Source: a virus (lineage: Duplodnaviria; Caudoviricetes). Taken from it: DNA of 64,000 nt. The DNA is taken from positions 1 to 64,000 of IMG/VR virus record IMGVR_UViG_2773857766_000003; one strand, written 5' to 3'. Every line of letters begins with the position of its first letter. Position 1 is the stretch's first letter. This document shows, piece after piece, positions 36,358-46,336 of the stretch. Under the pieces are notes generated by a model. It saw only the letters and a program-made list of their open reading frames with translations, was not told the DNA's origin and made no database searches. Position numbers and translations under genes: made by a program.

Positions 36358-37224
36358 TCAGATCGCGATCGCTGCGGAAACACCGATGCCCAGCATCGCG
36401 CCCGTGTTGGCGCCGGCCGTGGCCTGGCTCTGCTGGTGCGCCTGGCTCTGCGCGGACCATGCGTTGGTCGCCGAGTTGGTCGCGGCGTTCGCCGCCCCGG
36501 CGGCCTGACCGTAGCCGGCATTGAGCCCCGCAAGCCCCGTATTCGCGATGGTCTGCCCGGCTGCGCCGTAGCCCGCCGTGGCAGCGGTGGTCTGCATACC
36601 CATGGTGGGGTAGCCGGCCAGGGCGTTGCTCGCGCGATCGGTCAACGCGCGGCCCTCCGCGCGGGCGGCGGTGCGCGCCCCGTTCTTGGCCTGGGCGAGC
36701 GCGAGCCCCGTCTGCGCCACCAGCGCATTGCCCGCGGCACCGTATTTCCCATCCGCAGGGTTGATGCCCATGCGCGACATCTCTGCGGCCTGGGTGCGCT
36801 GCGCGCCGGTGTAGGCCTGCGACACGTCCGCCGCGGCTTGGCCGGCCAGCTCCTCGCGCTTCGCCTCCGTGTTGAAGGTCGCCGCGTCTTGGATCATCCG
36901 GTCCTGCTGGCCGGTCAGCTGGTCGCGACGGCCCAGCGCGTAATCGCGGTCTGCCTGAGACTGCTCCCAGGCCTTGCGCGAGGTGTCCAGCGCGAACTGG
37001 GTCTGCTCCTTCTGGAGCGGAGCCATGTCGTTCGTGTTCTGGATGATCTGCCGGACCATATCGTCCTGCACGCCCAGGTTTCGCACCTGAGCCTCCACCA
37101 GCCGCGGATCGGGCGCGGGCGTGCCGCCACCCTTGCCGCCCTCCAGGGACATGCCTCCGCCGGCCCGGGGCCGGAAGGCCCGGTCCGGAAGGAGGTCGAA
37201 ATCAGTTCGATGCCAGCGAGACAT
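36358..37224 (-). CDS. Small ejection protein (P22 gp7-like)
   Basis: N-terminal leader then EGGKGGG; Ala/Gly/Gln-rich; hydrophobic C-terminus. Confidence 0.7.
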   Translation of the reverse strand: MSRWHRTDFDLLPDRAFRPRAGGGMSLEGGKGGGTPAPDPRLVEAQVRNLGVQDDMVRQIIQNTNDMAPLQKEQTQFALDTSRKAWEQSQADRDYALGRRDQLTGQQDRMIQDAATFNTEAKREELAGQAAADVSQAYTGAQRTQAAEMSRMGINPADGKYGAAGNALVAQTGLALAQAKNGARTAARAEGRALTDRASNALAGYPTMGMQTTAATAGYGAAGQTIANTGLAGLNAGYGQAAGAANAATNSATNAWSAQSQAHQQSQATAGANTGAMLGIGVSAAIAI

Positions 37225-37633
37225 ACCTGCAATCCTTCTTCCACATCACGTACAGAATTACGTCGCCGCCGTCGGGCGCCGCGCCACGCAGCCGGGCCTC
37301 GGGCCGCCATCCCAGGTGTTCGTTCAGGCGCCGGGCCGCCAGGTTGTTCGCGTTCACGTAGCCGCTGATGCGCTCACACCCACACACGAGGAAGGGGTAG
37401 GCGAAGCCGGCCCGCAGGAACTCGCGTGTCATCCAGCGCGCGCCGGGCGCGCCGGCCAGGTGGACCCATAGGTTCCGGCCGTTGAACCCCTCGTACACGG
37501 CGCCGGCCACCAGCACGCCGTCGCGACGCAGCCCGATCGCCCGCTGGCCATCGCATGTGGCGAAGCCCGGGATGCGCTCGCGCATGAAGGGCAGCACCGC
37601 CTCGATGTCGTATTCCAGCGCGTGAACAGTCAT
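37202..37633 (-). CDS. GNAT-family acyltransferase (virion assembly)
   Basis: NNLAARRLNEHLGWRPEARLR GNAT motif; precedes the ejection genes. Confidence 0.8.
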   Translation of the reverse strand: MTVHALEYDIEAVLPFMRERIPGFATCDGQRAIGLRRDGVLVAGAVYEGFNGRNLWVHLAGAPGARWMTREFLRAGFAYPFLVCGCERISGYVNANNLAARRLNEHLGWRPEARLRGAAPDGGDVILYVMWKKDCRYVSLASN

Positions 37634-37673
37634 GCCCGCAGGGTGGCAGGCTTGGTACGGAGCCCAGAAACAA

Positions 37674-37697
37674 CAAAGCCCGCGGAAGCGGGCTTTG
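37674..37697 (-). terminator. Rho-independent terminator after parA-like gene
   Basis: CAAAGCCCGC-GGAA-GCGGGCTTTG. Confidence 0.75.
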
Positions 37698-37713
37698 CGA
37701 AGCGGAAAGCTAC

Positions 37714-38754
37714 TTATAGGACGGCAGCCAAATACTCCAGTTCCTTGCGGTACTTGGTTTGTGATTGATTTACCTGCAGACGACTACCGTTAACAGTGTG
37801 GAACTGTCCTACCTTCAATTTTGGAATGGGAATACCTTCTGCCCCACTGATGCGACCTGCAGACATGAAGTCGTCGGTGATTACGAAAGCATCGGCCGGA
37901 TCTTCCACGTCGAACAGATGTGGATACTTGGCCGCGGTGCCATACGCACGTTCCACATACATTTGCGATGCGCGGTCTTTGACCCCTTTTTTAGGACTCC
38001 GGGCGCCCACCATTGTCATAACAATTGCCGCGACCTTGGGAGTTTCCATGCCACCGGCCCTCGCCCCCCAGACGTTAAAGTCGCTGGCAGGGTTTGAGAG
38101 CATGTCAAGCGTGATATCTAAAGACTCGATTGAGTGCTCGTCCACACGGACAGGGATGATGAGCGCGTCAGCGGCGCACCATGCCAGATGAGTACCGCCG
38201 CCATAGAAAGGGCTGCAATCCATCAGAATCTTGCTGCAACTCTTCGATTCTGCCTCGTCGTTCAACACACCTTTCAGGCTCAGTAGGATGTTTCTCACGG
38301 CTTTTTCATTGCTCGACGCCATGGCCTGCTGGAGCTGCTGATATAGCGCAGAGGGGAAGGAAAAAAGCTGCCCATCGCCCGGCACAAAATACCCGGATTT
38401 AGCCCCTTTAAAATGATCGTTGAAGTTGCTAATACGGTAAGAAATATCCTCCGGAACTTCTCCAAATGCAGGACCCAGCACCTTTGGGCGCAGTGCATCG
38501 CCAATTGTGATTTCCGCTTTCTGACCGCGCATCAGAGATTCGGTCAAGTTCTTTTGTGGACACAGGTCAGCAACCAACGTGGCGTAGTGACGGGTGAAAA
38601 GCCATGCCAAGTTGAAACTGAGAGTGGATTTACCAATGCCTCCGCGGAGATTTGAAACAGCGTACGAACGCCGCCCAAACTTCACAACTGCTTCGTAGCC
38701 CTCTTCTATCGACTGGTCATGGTTGGCAATGATTCGGCTCAGTCCAGATCCCAT
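37714..38754 (-). CDS. Orphan ParA/MinD-family ATPase (low-GC moron)
   Basis: NLRGGIGKST deviant Walker A, ADLCPQKNLT, MDCSP, ADALIIPV. Confidence 0.88.
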   Translation of the reverse strand: MGSGLSRIIANHDQSIEEGYEAVVKFGRRSYAVSNLRGGIGKSTLSFNLAWLFTRHYATLVADLCPQKNLTESLMRGQKAEITIGDALRPKVLGPAFGEVPEDISYRISNFNDHFKGAKSGYFVPGDGQLFSFPSALYQQLQQAMASSNEKAVRNILLSLKGVLNDEAESKSCSKILMDCSPFYGGGTHLAWCAADALIIPVRVDEHSIESLDITLDMLSNPASDFNVWGARAGGMETPKVAAIVMTMVGARSPKKGVKDRASQMYVERAYGTAAKYPHLFDVEDPADAFVITDDFMSAGRISGAEGIPIPKLKVGQFHTVNGSRLQVNQSQTKYRKELEYLAAVL

Positions 38755-38766
38755 AAAAAATTCCCC

Positions 38767-38885
38767 GCAGGTCGTTGAAGATGCTGCAGGTTACAAAAAA
38801 TCTCGCAGGACGTCAACTTTTCCGCAGGCCGTCACGAAAGCTGCAGGTCGATCTAAAAAGTGCAGGCCTTTGACAGGTCAGCAGA
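38767..38885. repeat. Seven GCAGG cores at exact 19-bp period upstream of parA-like gene
   Basis: GCAGG at 38767, 38786, 38805, 38824, 38843, 38862 and GCAGA at 38881; intervening 14-mers differ. Confidence 0.9.
38788..38816 (-). promoter_or_regulatory. Sigma70-like promoter of parA-like gene, embedded in the array
   Basis: TTGACG-17 bp-TAACCT on the minus strand. Confidence 0.7.
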
Positions 38886-38945
38886 TGAAGGCGGCTTGCG
38901 GTTGGGCCAAAGTACAGTCCGAAAGCGCTCCAAGCCATTCCTTCC

Positions 38946-39386
38946 TCATGACTCGAACGGTGCTACCGGCCACTCGATCGCGCGCGGGTCGCCCTGCCCC
39001 GTCACATCGCGCAGCGCCTGCCGGTAGTCCAGCCAGGCCTGTCGCATGTCGGCCGGCGTGGGCGCGTCAGGCAGCACCCGCCAATCGCACGCGCGCAGGA
39101 GCTCGTCCCGCCGCGCACGCACGTAGCCCCACAGCTCGGCCGCGTCTGGCACCCACTCCAGGCGCCCGAAGTCGAACGCGTGACCCTGCCCGGGCCACGG
39201 AGGGAATGGCACAGGCGCCCCGGCCGTGTGGCTCCAGTAGTGCGTCATGGGAAGCACGTCGGCGCCCACCGCCACCCACCCGCTCGGCGCTCCCATGCCC
39301 ACCGGCACGTCGGCAATGCGAAAGATGGTCGCAAGGTCCGGGCAGCCCGGTACATCCCGCAGCTCGGCGCAGCGGCGCTGGTTCAT
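38946..39386 (-). CDS. Tail fibre assembly chaperone
   Basis: RARRDELLRACDW..WLDYRQALRDV..WPVAP motif. Confidence 0.85.
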   Translation of the reverse strand: MNQRRCAELRDVPGCPDLATIFRIADVPVGMGAPSGWVAVGADVLPMTHYWSHTAGAPVPFPPWPGQGHAFDFGRLEWVPDAAELWGYVRARRDELLRACDWRVLPDAPTPADMRQAWLDYRQALRDVTGQGDPRAIEWPVAPFES

Positions 39387-41314
39387 CGCTTTCCTCCTGT
39401 GGCGGTAATGGTGGTGCGTGCCACGGTCAATTGTTGATTTGCACCGGGCCCGTAGTTCGGGCTCACCACCTCGATGTCGTAGAAGTGGGTGCCATCCCAC
39501 CATGGCGCGTCGAAGCCCACCACGAAAATCTGCGATGTCCACCCCCCGCGCATGGACGTGGCTGCGTGCGTGATTCGGGCGCCGTTACGGCGCAGGTACA
39601 CCACCACGCTGGCATCGCCTCCCAGGGGATTCACCTCGGCGTAGGCCGACAACGTGACGCCCGACGAGTTCGCCGGCATGGCGAGGTAGATCCCCGCCCC
39701 ACCAGAGCTGCCACCGCCCGGCACCACGAAACTGCCTGACTCTCCGAACGACATGGCCGTCACGGCCCCGCCCTGCACCTGCAGCGTGCCGATCGCGGCG
39801 TTGCCGATGTAGGCTGTGCCGATCGCGGCGGTGTCCATGAAGACGCCGATGTTGTTGCTGGTGATGCGCTGCAGGCGGTTGATGAAGTCGGAGGTGCCCA
39901 TCACCGAGCCATCGGGGAAGGTCACCGTTTCCCCGATCCGCGCCGCGTCGCGCCGCGCCAACGTGCCGAGCCCGCCGACCTGGGCAGCCTGCAGGTTGCG
40001 CAACCACTGGGCGTCCATGCCGTTGGCCGACAGGATGATGTTGCCGGCGCTGTCGCGCACCGTGAGCCCCCGCGTGTCCACCTTGCGCGCCGCCACCGTA
40101 CCGTCCACCAGTAGGTCGCCGCTCAACACCGCACCGGGAATGGCCCAGTAATACCCCATCCAGTGCCTGGTCTGGGTGAACGCGCCGCCGTCGGTGATGG
40201 TGACGGCATCGCCCACCTGCAGGTGGTTGTTGTTGGGTGCGCTGCCGCCGTTGCCCAAGGCCTGCCAGACAGCCTGCCGGGCCGTGGCGTCGCTCCAGTA
40301 GCTGCCGCTCGCGGACAGCAACACCGAGCCCCGCATGCCGTCGGCGAGCGTACGGCCCTGCCCATCCACGCGCAGGTTGCCCTTCACATAGACGTTGTTC
40401 TGCAGGTAGATCCCATTGCCGTCCACGCCGAACACCACGTCCTGCGGCCGCGGCGTGCGCAGCAGCCCCCCGCTGTAGTTCGGCGCCACCACAGCGAACT
40501 TGTCGGCCATGATGATGAAGGCGCTGGTGGTCTGGCCGTTGCGCTCCTCGGCGGCGATCCCGAAGCCGGCCAGCGCGCCGCCGGCCTGCACCTTGAGCGT
40601 GTACTGCGCGCGCAGCCCGTCCGAGTAGCTGGCCAGCACGGTCATCTCCTGCTCCAGGCTCGCGCGCCCGGGCGTGCCGTCGCGGTAGTAGCGCCCGAGC
40701 GAGGCCTGCAGCTGCAGCACGTTGGTGGCCATGGCGCGCTGCCCGTCGCTCCAGGCCGCCTGCGTGGCGCGGATGCCGGCGCTGGCCTGCTGCAGGCTGG
40801 CAGTCACCTCCCGCACCTGGCGCGCGAAACTGCGTTCGTTCGTCTGCACGATGGTCTGCAGGTCGCGCACCTCCGCGCCGCGCTTGGCGGCCTCGTCGGC
40901 AATCGAGCGCACCAGCTCGTCCCGGATCTCCTTCGCCAGGTGGTCGAACCGCGTGGGATCGTCCAGCGTCTTCGCGAGCGAGCGGAACAGGGCCGAGTCG
41001 ATGATGGCCTGGGCGAAGCGGTCGATCTGCACCGTGGCCGACAGCCCCCCGCCCAGGTCGATCAACGTTTCCCCCGGCCCGGGCTTGCGGTCCTGCTCGA
41101 GGATCTGCACTAACCCCTGCACGCCTCCCATGGCCTCGCGCAGCTCGCGCACCGTCACGCCGCGCTCGAATTCGTTGCCGCGCGAGCCGGCGCGCACCTC
41201 CAGGTGCTCCGTCACCGCCTTGGCCCAGTCGGTGAGGGCCTTGTCCTGGGCATTGAGGCGCGGCAGGGCCGGCAGCCGGGCCACACCCGTGTCGATCTTG
41301 CGGCTGTTTGTCAT
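39383..41314 (-). CDS. Tail tip/fibre protein (J/DUF1983-like C-terminal domains)
   Basis: Coiled coil, then AQYTLKVQAGG..AGFGI..FIIMADKFAV. Confidence 0.75.
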   Translation of the reverse strand: MTNSRKIDTGVARLPALPRLNAQDKALTDWAKAVTEHLEVRAGSRGNEFERGVTVRELREAMGGVQGLVQILEQDRKPGPGETLIDLGGGLSATVQIDRFAQAIIDSALFRSLAKTLDDPTRFDHLAKEIRDELVRSIADEAAKRGAEVRDLQTIVQTNERSFARQVREVTASLQQASAGIRATQAAWSDGQRAMATNVLQLQASLGRYYRDGTPGRASLEQEMTVLASYSDGLRAQYTLKVQAGGALAGFGIAAEERNGQTTSAFIIMADKFAVVAPNYSGGLLRTPRPQDVVFGVDGNGIYLQNNVYVKGNLRVDGQGRTLADGMRGSVLLSASGSYWSDATARQAVWQALGNGGSAPNNNHLQVGDAVTITDGGAFTQTRHWMGYYWAIPGAVLSGDLLVDGTVAARKVDTRGLTVRDSAGNIILSANGMDAQWLRNLQAAQVGGLGTLARRDAARIGETVTFPDGSVMGTSDFINRLQRITSNNIGVFMDTAAIGTAYIGNAAIGTLQVQGGAVTAMSFGESGSFVVPGGGSSGGAGIYLAMPANSSGVTLSAYAEVNPLGGDASVVVYLRRNGARITHAATSMRGGWTSQIFVVGFDAPWWDGTHFYDIEVVSPNYGPGANQQLTVARTTITATGGKR

Positions 41315-43887
41315 AACCCGCGCAGTTCCTCGGAGGTGGAGCACAGCACCACGGACGTGACGCGTGCGGCGCTCTGGATTTCTACCTGGTGCTCAAGCCA
41401 GCGCCCGGTCGGCAGGCGCTGGGGCTGCAGGTCCGTGAAGGTCGCCGTGTGCTGCAGCACGCCGTCGCCCCACAGGCGCAGCGTGACGGGGTGCGCTTCG
41501 TCCTGCTGGCCGTACACCTTCGCCCACGCGAGCGGCTGCTGGCGCGGCTGCGTGGCGATGCCCGTGCGCCACCGGCCCGCGCGGCCGGCCCCGCCCGTGA
41601 AGCACTCCAGGATGTCGGAGCCCCGAGCCAGGTACATCAGGTCGTTGAGCTTGTCCACCCACACGGCCGAGCCCGAGAGGTCGATGCGGCCCAGCTTCAT
41701 CCCGTCCTGCATGTTGCACGCAAGACAGCCCCCGCCCGCGCCAGCGTAGAACAGGTAGTAAACGCCCTCGTGCTCGGCTGCGAACATGCTGGCCGGCTGC
41801 ATGGCCTGCCAGTCCTTCCGCGCGATCAGCTGCCGGGACACCACCTCCACGCCGCGGGCACTCGCCAGGCAGAGCCCGTCCGGAGAGGCGTAGAGCACGC
41901 CGCCCTGCACGCCCACCACCGACCGCCGCGAGGCGCACGCCTGGTTGCTATCGAGCTTCTGGGCCGACATCGAGGCCGAGTGGGCACCGGTGACGAAGTA
42001 TGGATTGCCGGCCGTGCCCACGAACAGGGTCTGGTCGAACACGGCCATGCCGACCACGGGGAATTCTGTCGTGACCTGGTACTCCACCGGCCAGGCATAG
42101 GGCACGTAGGGTTCGCAGAACGCCACCGTGTTGTCGATGAAGCCGGCCATGATCCCGTTGGGCATGCCCACCAGCCCGCGCAGATAGGGGTTCGCGCCCA
42201 CGCTGGGCTTCAGCTCGCCGTCGAATTGCCCGTCCATCCGGTACGGCGGCGCGGCCCAGGTGAACTGCGGCTGCAGGCTTTCCAGCTCCTCGCTCGCCTT
42301 GTCGTCCAGGAAGGCCGCCACCGTGATGGGCATCTCTTGCACCAGTTGCCAGGCGGCGGCCGTGTCGCTGGTATTGCTGCGGTACAGCCGCCACTTCGCG
42401 ATGAAGCGCTCTGCATAGCTCTCCCCCGTCATCAGGGCCGGCCGTTGAACGGTCACGGTGTCGTTCGCATCCGCCTCCAGCAACTCCGAGAGCGGCGACG
42501 GCTCCGACTCTTCACCCCAGTCGGTCACGAAGGCCACCACGTAGTAGCGCGAGGAAACCACGCGGTCCACCGTTTCGCCGGCCAGCTTCGCCACGCCGCC
42601 CAGCTTGTCCACCCAGGTGCCCACTACGGCCACGTCTTTGGTCAGGGCAGTGAACTGGCTGGCCAGCTGGGTCTGGATGCTCGCCACCAGGGTGGTACAC
42701 CGCTGCTGGATCTCCACCAGCCGCGCATTCAGGCTCGCGGCCTGGGTGGATGCCGCGTCGCGGCCAGAGGTGTAGGCCTCCAGCGCAAGGTAGTAGGCCT
42801 CCAGGTCCTTGCGGTACTGCACCCAGGCTGCCGATTCCACGATATCGGTGCTGTCGCCGCCTGTGGACTGGTACTGCGGCACAGACGGTTCCTTCGGCCG
42901 CACGGGCGCGGAGGTGGGCGCGGCCCAGCTCTTCTCCAGCGCGAGCGTCGCGAACTCCTTCACCAGCTTGTCCAGCTCGGTGCGGGCGGCCGCGCACTCG
43001 GCGCCTGGGGCGGCGGCCTTCTCGGCGAGGTCGGCCACCTTGGCGGCCAAGTCGGCGGTCAGCACCGTCTCGCCCGCGCGCTCGCCCGCGGTGGCCGGGA
43101 ATTCGTGCAGCTGCAGCGCCTCCACGAGCGCCGCGCGGCGCAGCGGGTAGCTCGCCGGCATGGCGGCCACCGGCACGGCCCAGCCCCCGCTGGTCTGGGT
43201 GGCGCCCAGTCGGGTCATGTCCATCTCGGTGGCAGCCGCCCGCGCGGTGGTGATGATGGCGTAGAGGTTGCCCGGCGCCGCGCCCCCGCCCACGGCAGGG
43301 GATAGAGAGAGCCCGTAGTTCGACGTGGGTCCGGCGTAGGCCTTGCCCGAGGCGTCCCATCGCACGGCCTCCTGGTTGCCCTCGTGCTTCACGAACGTGG
43401 CGAGCAGGTCGTCCAGCAGCATCTGGGCGAAGTCACCATAGAGCCAGGTTTTCGCCTCCTCGGGCGTGAACTCGTCCACCACCTGCAGCTTCACGATCGG
43501 CTTCACTGGCCGCGGCACGCCCAGCAGCCGGTCATTCCCGCGGGCGTCCACCACGCGCGGGCGAGCGCTGCCGTCGTCGGTGGTGCAGTAGGTTCGCTCC
43601 GTGGCCTCGTCGTTGATCTGGCCCTTCACGAATGAACGCTCGTCGGTATAGGAGCGGATGGGCGCGGCTGGATCCTTGACCACCTCGCCGTTCGCATTGC
43701 GCGCCATGCGGTGCAGCGTACGCGCGCCGGACACGCAGGCCGAGTGCCGGCGGTCGGCGGCCATGGGCCAGAACTCGCCGCTGGGCAGGAAGAGGTTTTC
43801 GTTCACCCGCGCGAAGTCACTGCCCAGGGCGCGATCGGAAACGCTGGGGGCTTCGCCGCCGAACGCGGCCAGGCGGTAGATGGTCAT
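41311..43887 (-). CDS. Tail tubular/nozzle protein
   Basis: FGGEAP N-terminus, GEESEPSP, FCEPYVPYAWP motifs typical of podophage tail proteins. Confidence 0.7.
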   Translation of the reverse strand: MTIYRLAAFGGEAPSVSDRALGSDFARVNENLFLPSGEFWPMAADRRHSACVSGARTLHRMARNANGEVVKDPAAPIRSYTDERSFVKGQINDEATERTYCTTDDGSARPRVVDARGNDRLLGVPRPVKPIVKLQVVDEFTPEEAKTWLYGDFAQMLLDDLLATFVKHEGNQEAVRWDASGKAYAGPTSNYGLSLSPAVGGGAAPGNLYAIITTARAAATEMDMTRLGATQTSGGWAVPVAAMPASYPLRRAALVEALQLHEFPATAGERAGETVLTADLAAKVADLAEKAAAPGAECAAARTELDKLVKEFATLALEKSWAAPTSAPVRPKEPSVPQYQSTGGDSTDIVESAAWVQYRKDLEAYYLALEAYTSGRDAASTQAASLNARLVEIQQRCTTLVASIQTQLASQFTALTKDVAVVGTWVDKLGGVAKLAGETVDRVVSSRYYVVAFVTDWGEESEPSPLSELLEADANDTVTVQRPALMTGESYAERFIAKWRLYRSNTSDTAAAWQLVQEMPITVAAFLDDKASEELESLQPQFTWAAPPYRMDGQFDGELKPSVGANPYLRGLVGMPNGIMAGFIDNTVAFCEPYVPYAWPVEYQVTTEFPVVGMAVFDQTLFVGTAGNPYFVTGAHSASMSAQKLDSNQACASRRSVVGVQGGVLYASPDGLCLASARGVEVVSRQLIARKDWQAMQPASMFAAEHEGVYYLFYAGAGGGCLACNMQDGMKLGRIDLSGSAVWVDKLNDLMYLARGSDILECFTGGAGRAGRWRTGIATQPRQQPLAWAKVYGQQDEAHPVTLRLWGDGVLQHTATFTDLQPQRLPTGRWLEHQVEIQSAARVTSVVLCSTSEELRGL

Positions 43888-43927
43888 GGCCCGGAATCTG
43901 GCAGGCTTGGCACCGCCGCGGCGCGTG

Positions 43928-44326
43928 CTACAGCCCCGCCGCGTGCGTGAAGATGTCGTCCAGCTCCCGTCGGGTCAGCCCGATGGCGGCACCCAGCTGG
44001 GCCACGAGCTGGCTGTCCCGGCGCACGGTCGGCCGGTAGTCCCATTCGATCTTCGCGCGCGTGCGCTCCGGCTCGGGCATCCCGGCCAGCACCGCCTCCA
44101 CGGCCTGCAGCTTGCCGATGTCGAGCAGCGCGAGCCGGGCTTGGCCCATCGTGACCTCCTCCGGCACGCGAACCACCGGCGCGGGCGGTTCGTAGGGCAG
44201 CGGCGTGTTGCCACGCGCCAGCCAGCCCAGGTAAATCTCGTAGTCGGCATTGCCCCGCACGGGCGGGAACGAAACTTCATCGGCAATGCGGAAGATCATG
44301 TCCCCCGCCGTGAGTCGGTATGGCAT
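43928..44326 (-). CDS. Tail fibre-associated protein
   Basis: GNADYEIYLGW and QARLALL..LDDIF motifs; coupled to the fibre gene. Confidence 0.65.
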   Translation of the reverse strand: MPYRLTAGDMIFRIADEVSFPPVRGNADYEIYLGWLARGNTPLPYEPPAPVVRVPEEVTMGQARLALLDIGKLQAVEAVLAGMPEPERTRAKIEWDYRPTVRRDSQLVAQLGAAIGLTRRELDDIFTHAAGL

Positions 44327-46335
44327 CAGAACTCCGCGTTGATGTTGATCCGCGCATCGCCCGCCAGGACGCACAGGCACGCCTTGCTATCGCCCGCCAG
44401 GCCGGCGCTGGTGCTGGTGAGCACGATGTGGGCACGCTTCGTGCCGGCGGAATTTGCGTAGGGTCGATCGGTGCACGAGGGCGTCCCGCTCCCGATCTGG
44501 AATTGGAAGTTGGCCACGCTGCCGGGAAAACTCAGGCTCGGCGCCACTCGCTTCGTGTCGTACTCCAGCAGTGCCCACACCTGGGAATTGTTGGGAACCA
44601 TGCCCATCGCGTACACATTGGCATTGGCGTTGTTCAGCTGCTCGAAGTACCGCAGGCAGTCGTCCATCTCGTCGCCGATTTGCCGGTGTTCGAACGGCGT
44701 GGCCACCGCCCCCGACTCCAGCCGGAAGCCGGTCAGGGCGAAGACGTTGCCCGCGGTGTCCAGGCAATTCACCTGACTGGATGTGCCGAGGTACAGCCCA
44801 TCGCGCCATGCGCCCGGCTGGGTGTGGTAGGTCGGGCCCACGCCCACGCACCAGCGAACATAAAGCCCCGGACCCCAGGACGTGTTCCAGCCGCCCGCGG
44901 CCGGCAACCCGCCCACCAGGGTGACGGACTTGAACTCCCAGGTGTTCGCATTTTGGACCGAGTATTCCGCCACGAACGACTTATCGAACCCGCCGTTGAA
45001 GAGCGCGAGGCAGTGAACCCCCACCCGAGAGGAGCGCACCCAGAACGACACGGTGAAGGTGACGCCGAAGAGGTCGGCGATGTTGTAGCCCTCGATGATC
45101 TGCTGGAGCCCTGCGGAGTCGCCCCCTTCCATCGCGGGATCTGCCGTCGTCACGGTCAGCCGCGCGCACCGGCGCAAGCCAGGATCGAGAGCCGGGCCGT
45201 CGGTGGCCTGCTCCACCGTAGCCACGGCCGGGGTGTAGGACCCGGTGAACGCGAGCCGATCCACCGGATAGTTTCCCGTGCTGATGGACGCACCAGGGAA
45301 GCTCGTACCACGTTGCGCCACATTGCAACGTCCGTTGATGAGGCGGTTTCGCGTCCCCGCGAGGTGACTGCCGTTGAGGGTCTTCAGCGCCAGGTCGCCG
45401 GTCATCTGGTCGCCGGTCCGGTTGAGCCGCGCGGCGATCGCGGCAGCCTGGAGCACGCTGACGGGCTTCGCCGCGTCGGCCGTGTTGTCCACGCTCCCCA
45501 AGCCGACATCGCCGGGCAGAAGCACCACGTTGCCGCTGCGGCCCGCCACGGACAGCACCGCGTTGACCTGGGCCCCGGGCTGCACGCCCGCCAGCTTCAC
45601 CTTCTCGGCGGTCGAGAAATCCTCCGCGCTCAGCCCCTTGCCGGCCACCACGTCCACCTTCGTGGCGAGCGTTTCCGGCAACCCCATCACCGTGGCCATG
45701 GGCTGCGTGCCAGTGTGGGTACTGCGATCGCGCAACTGCGAGTCCGGTGCGTTCTTCGTGGCCTGTTCGGCAATGCCGGCGAGCTTGGCGAGGTCGGCGG
45801 TGGTGTAGTCGTTGGTGCTCAGGCCCTTGCCCGCCACCTTCTCCACGCGACCCTCCATCTGGGCCACCGTCGCCATGGGCTGGGCGAAGCCCGGGTTCGG
45901 GTAGTTTCCCGACAGCACGCCGCCCGCGGCGCCGGTGGGCGTGCGCGGATCGGACATGCGCGGGTCGGTGGTCTGGGCGTACTGGCTGATCCCGCCGGCC
46001 GTCAGGCGCAGCTCCACCAGGTCGCCGGCCACGTAGGCCCGCGGCGTGGTGCCCTCCTGCCCGCGCAGCACGGTCAGCCGGCACTCGCCCACCACAGAGT
46101 TGTCCACCCCGGTGACGCGCAGGATCTCGTAGTCCGATTCCACGGTGCCGGCGCGCTTGAAGGCGGTCAGCACATACCAGCTGCCACCCGGCGGGTTGAT
46201 GAGCGTGCCGGCGGCGCCGTCGGAGACTCGGAGCACGCCGTAGTCCAGTTCGCCCGCCGGGTTGGCGGTGGCCGGCGCGGCCTTGACGGACGCGATGAAT
46301 TGCGTGGTGAAGTTGTTCAGGTAGAGCTGGGGCAT
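44326..46335 (-). CDS. Tail fibre protein
   Basis: GKGLSTNDYT repeats, DVGLGSVDNTAD, NRLING..QRG, ATPFEHR..CLRYFE. Confidence 0.85.
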   Translation of the reverse strand: MPQLYLNNFTTQFIASVKAAPATANPAGELDYGVLRVSDGAAGTLINPPGGSWYVLTAFKRAGTVESDYEILRVTGVDNSVVGECRLTVLRGQEGTTPRAYVAGDLVELRLTAGGISQYAQTTDPRMSDPRTPTGAAGGVLSGNYPNPGFAQPMATVAQMEGRVEKVAGKGLSTNDYTTADLAKLAGIAEQATKNAPDSQLRDRSTHTGTQPMATVMGLPETLATKVDVVAGKGLSAEDFSTAEKVKLAGVQPGAQVNAVLSVAGRSGNVVLLPGDVGLGSVDNTADAAKPVSVLQAAAIAARLNRTGDQMTGDLALKTLNGSHLAGTRNRLINGRCNVAQRGTSFPGASISTGNYPVDRLAFTGSYTPAVATVEQATDGPALDPGLRRCARLTVTTADPAMEGGDSAGLQQIIEGYNIADLFGVTFTVSFWVRSSRVGVHCLALFNGGFDKSFVAEYSVQNANTWEFKSVTLVGGLPAAGGWNTSWGPGLYVRWCVGVGPTYHTQPGAWRDGLYLGTSSQVNCLDTAGNVFALTGFRLESGAVATPFEHRQIGDEMDDCLRYFEQLNNANANVYAMGMVPNNSQVWALLEYDTKRVAPSLSFPGSVANFQFQIGSGTPSCTDRPYANSAGTKRAHIVLTSTSAGLAGDSKACLCVLAGDARININAEF

Positions 46336-46336
46336 G

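Noticed and set aside
38767-38885. 19-bp array as a CRISPR array
   Set aside because: The 5-bp core and 14-bp spacers are far too short and there are no cas genes. A 12-nt match of one spacer at ~24118 is not enough to infer targeting.
38946-46335. Tail-fibre shufflon or diversity-generating retroelement
   Set aside because: No reverse transcriptase, template/variable repeat pair or inverted fibre cassettes seen; the resolvases belong to the inoviruses.
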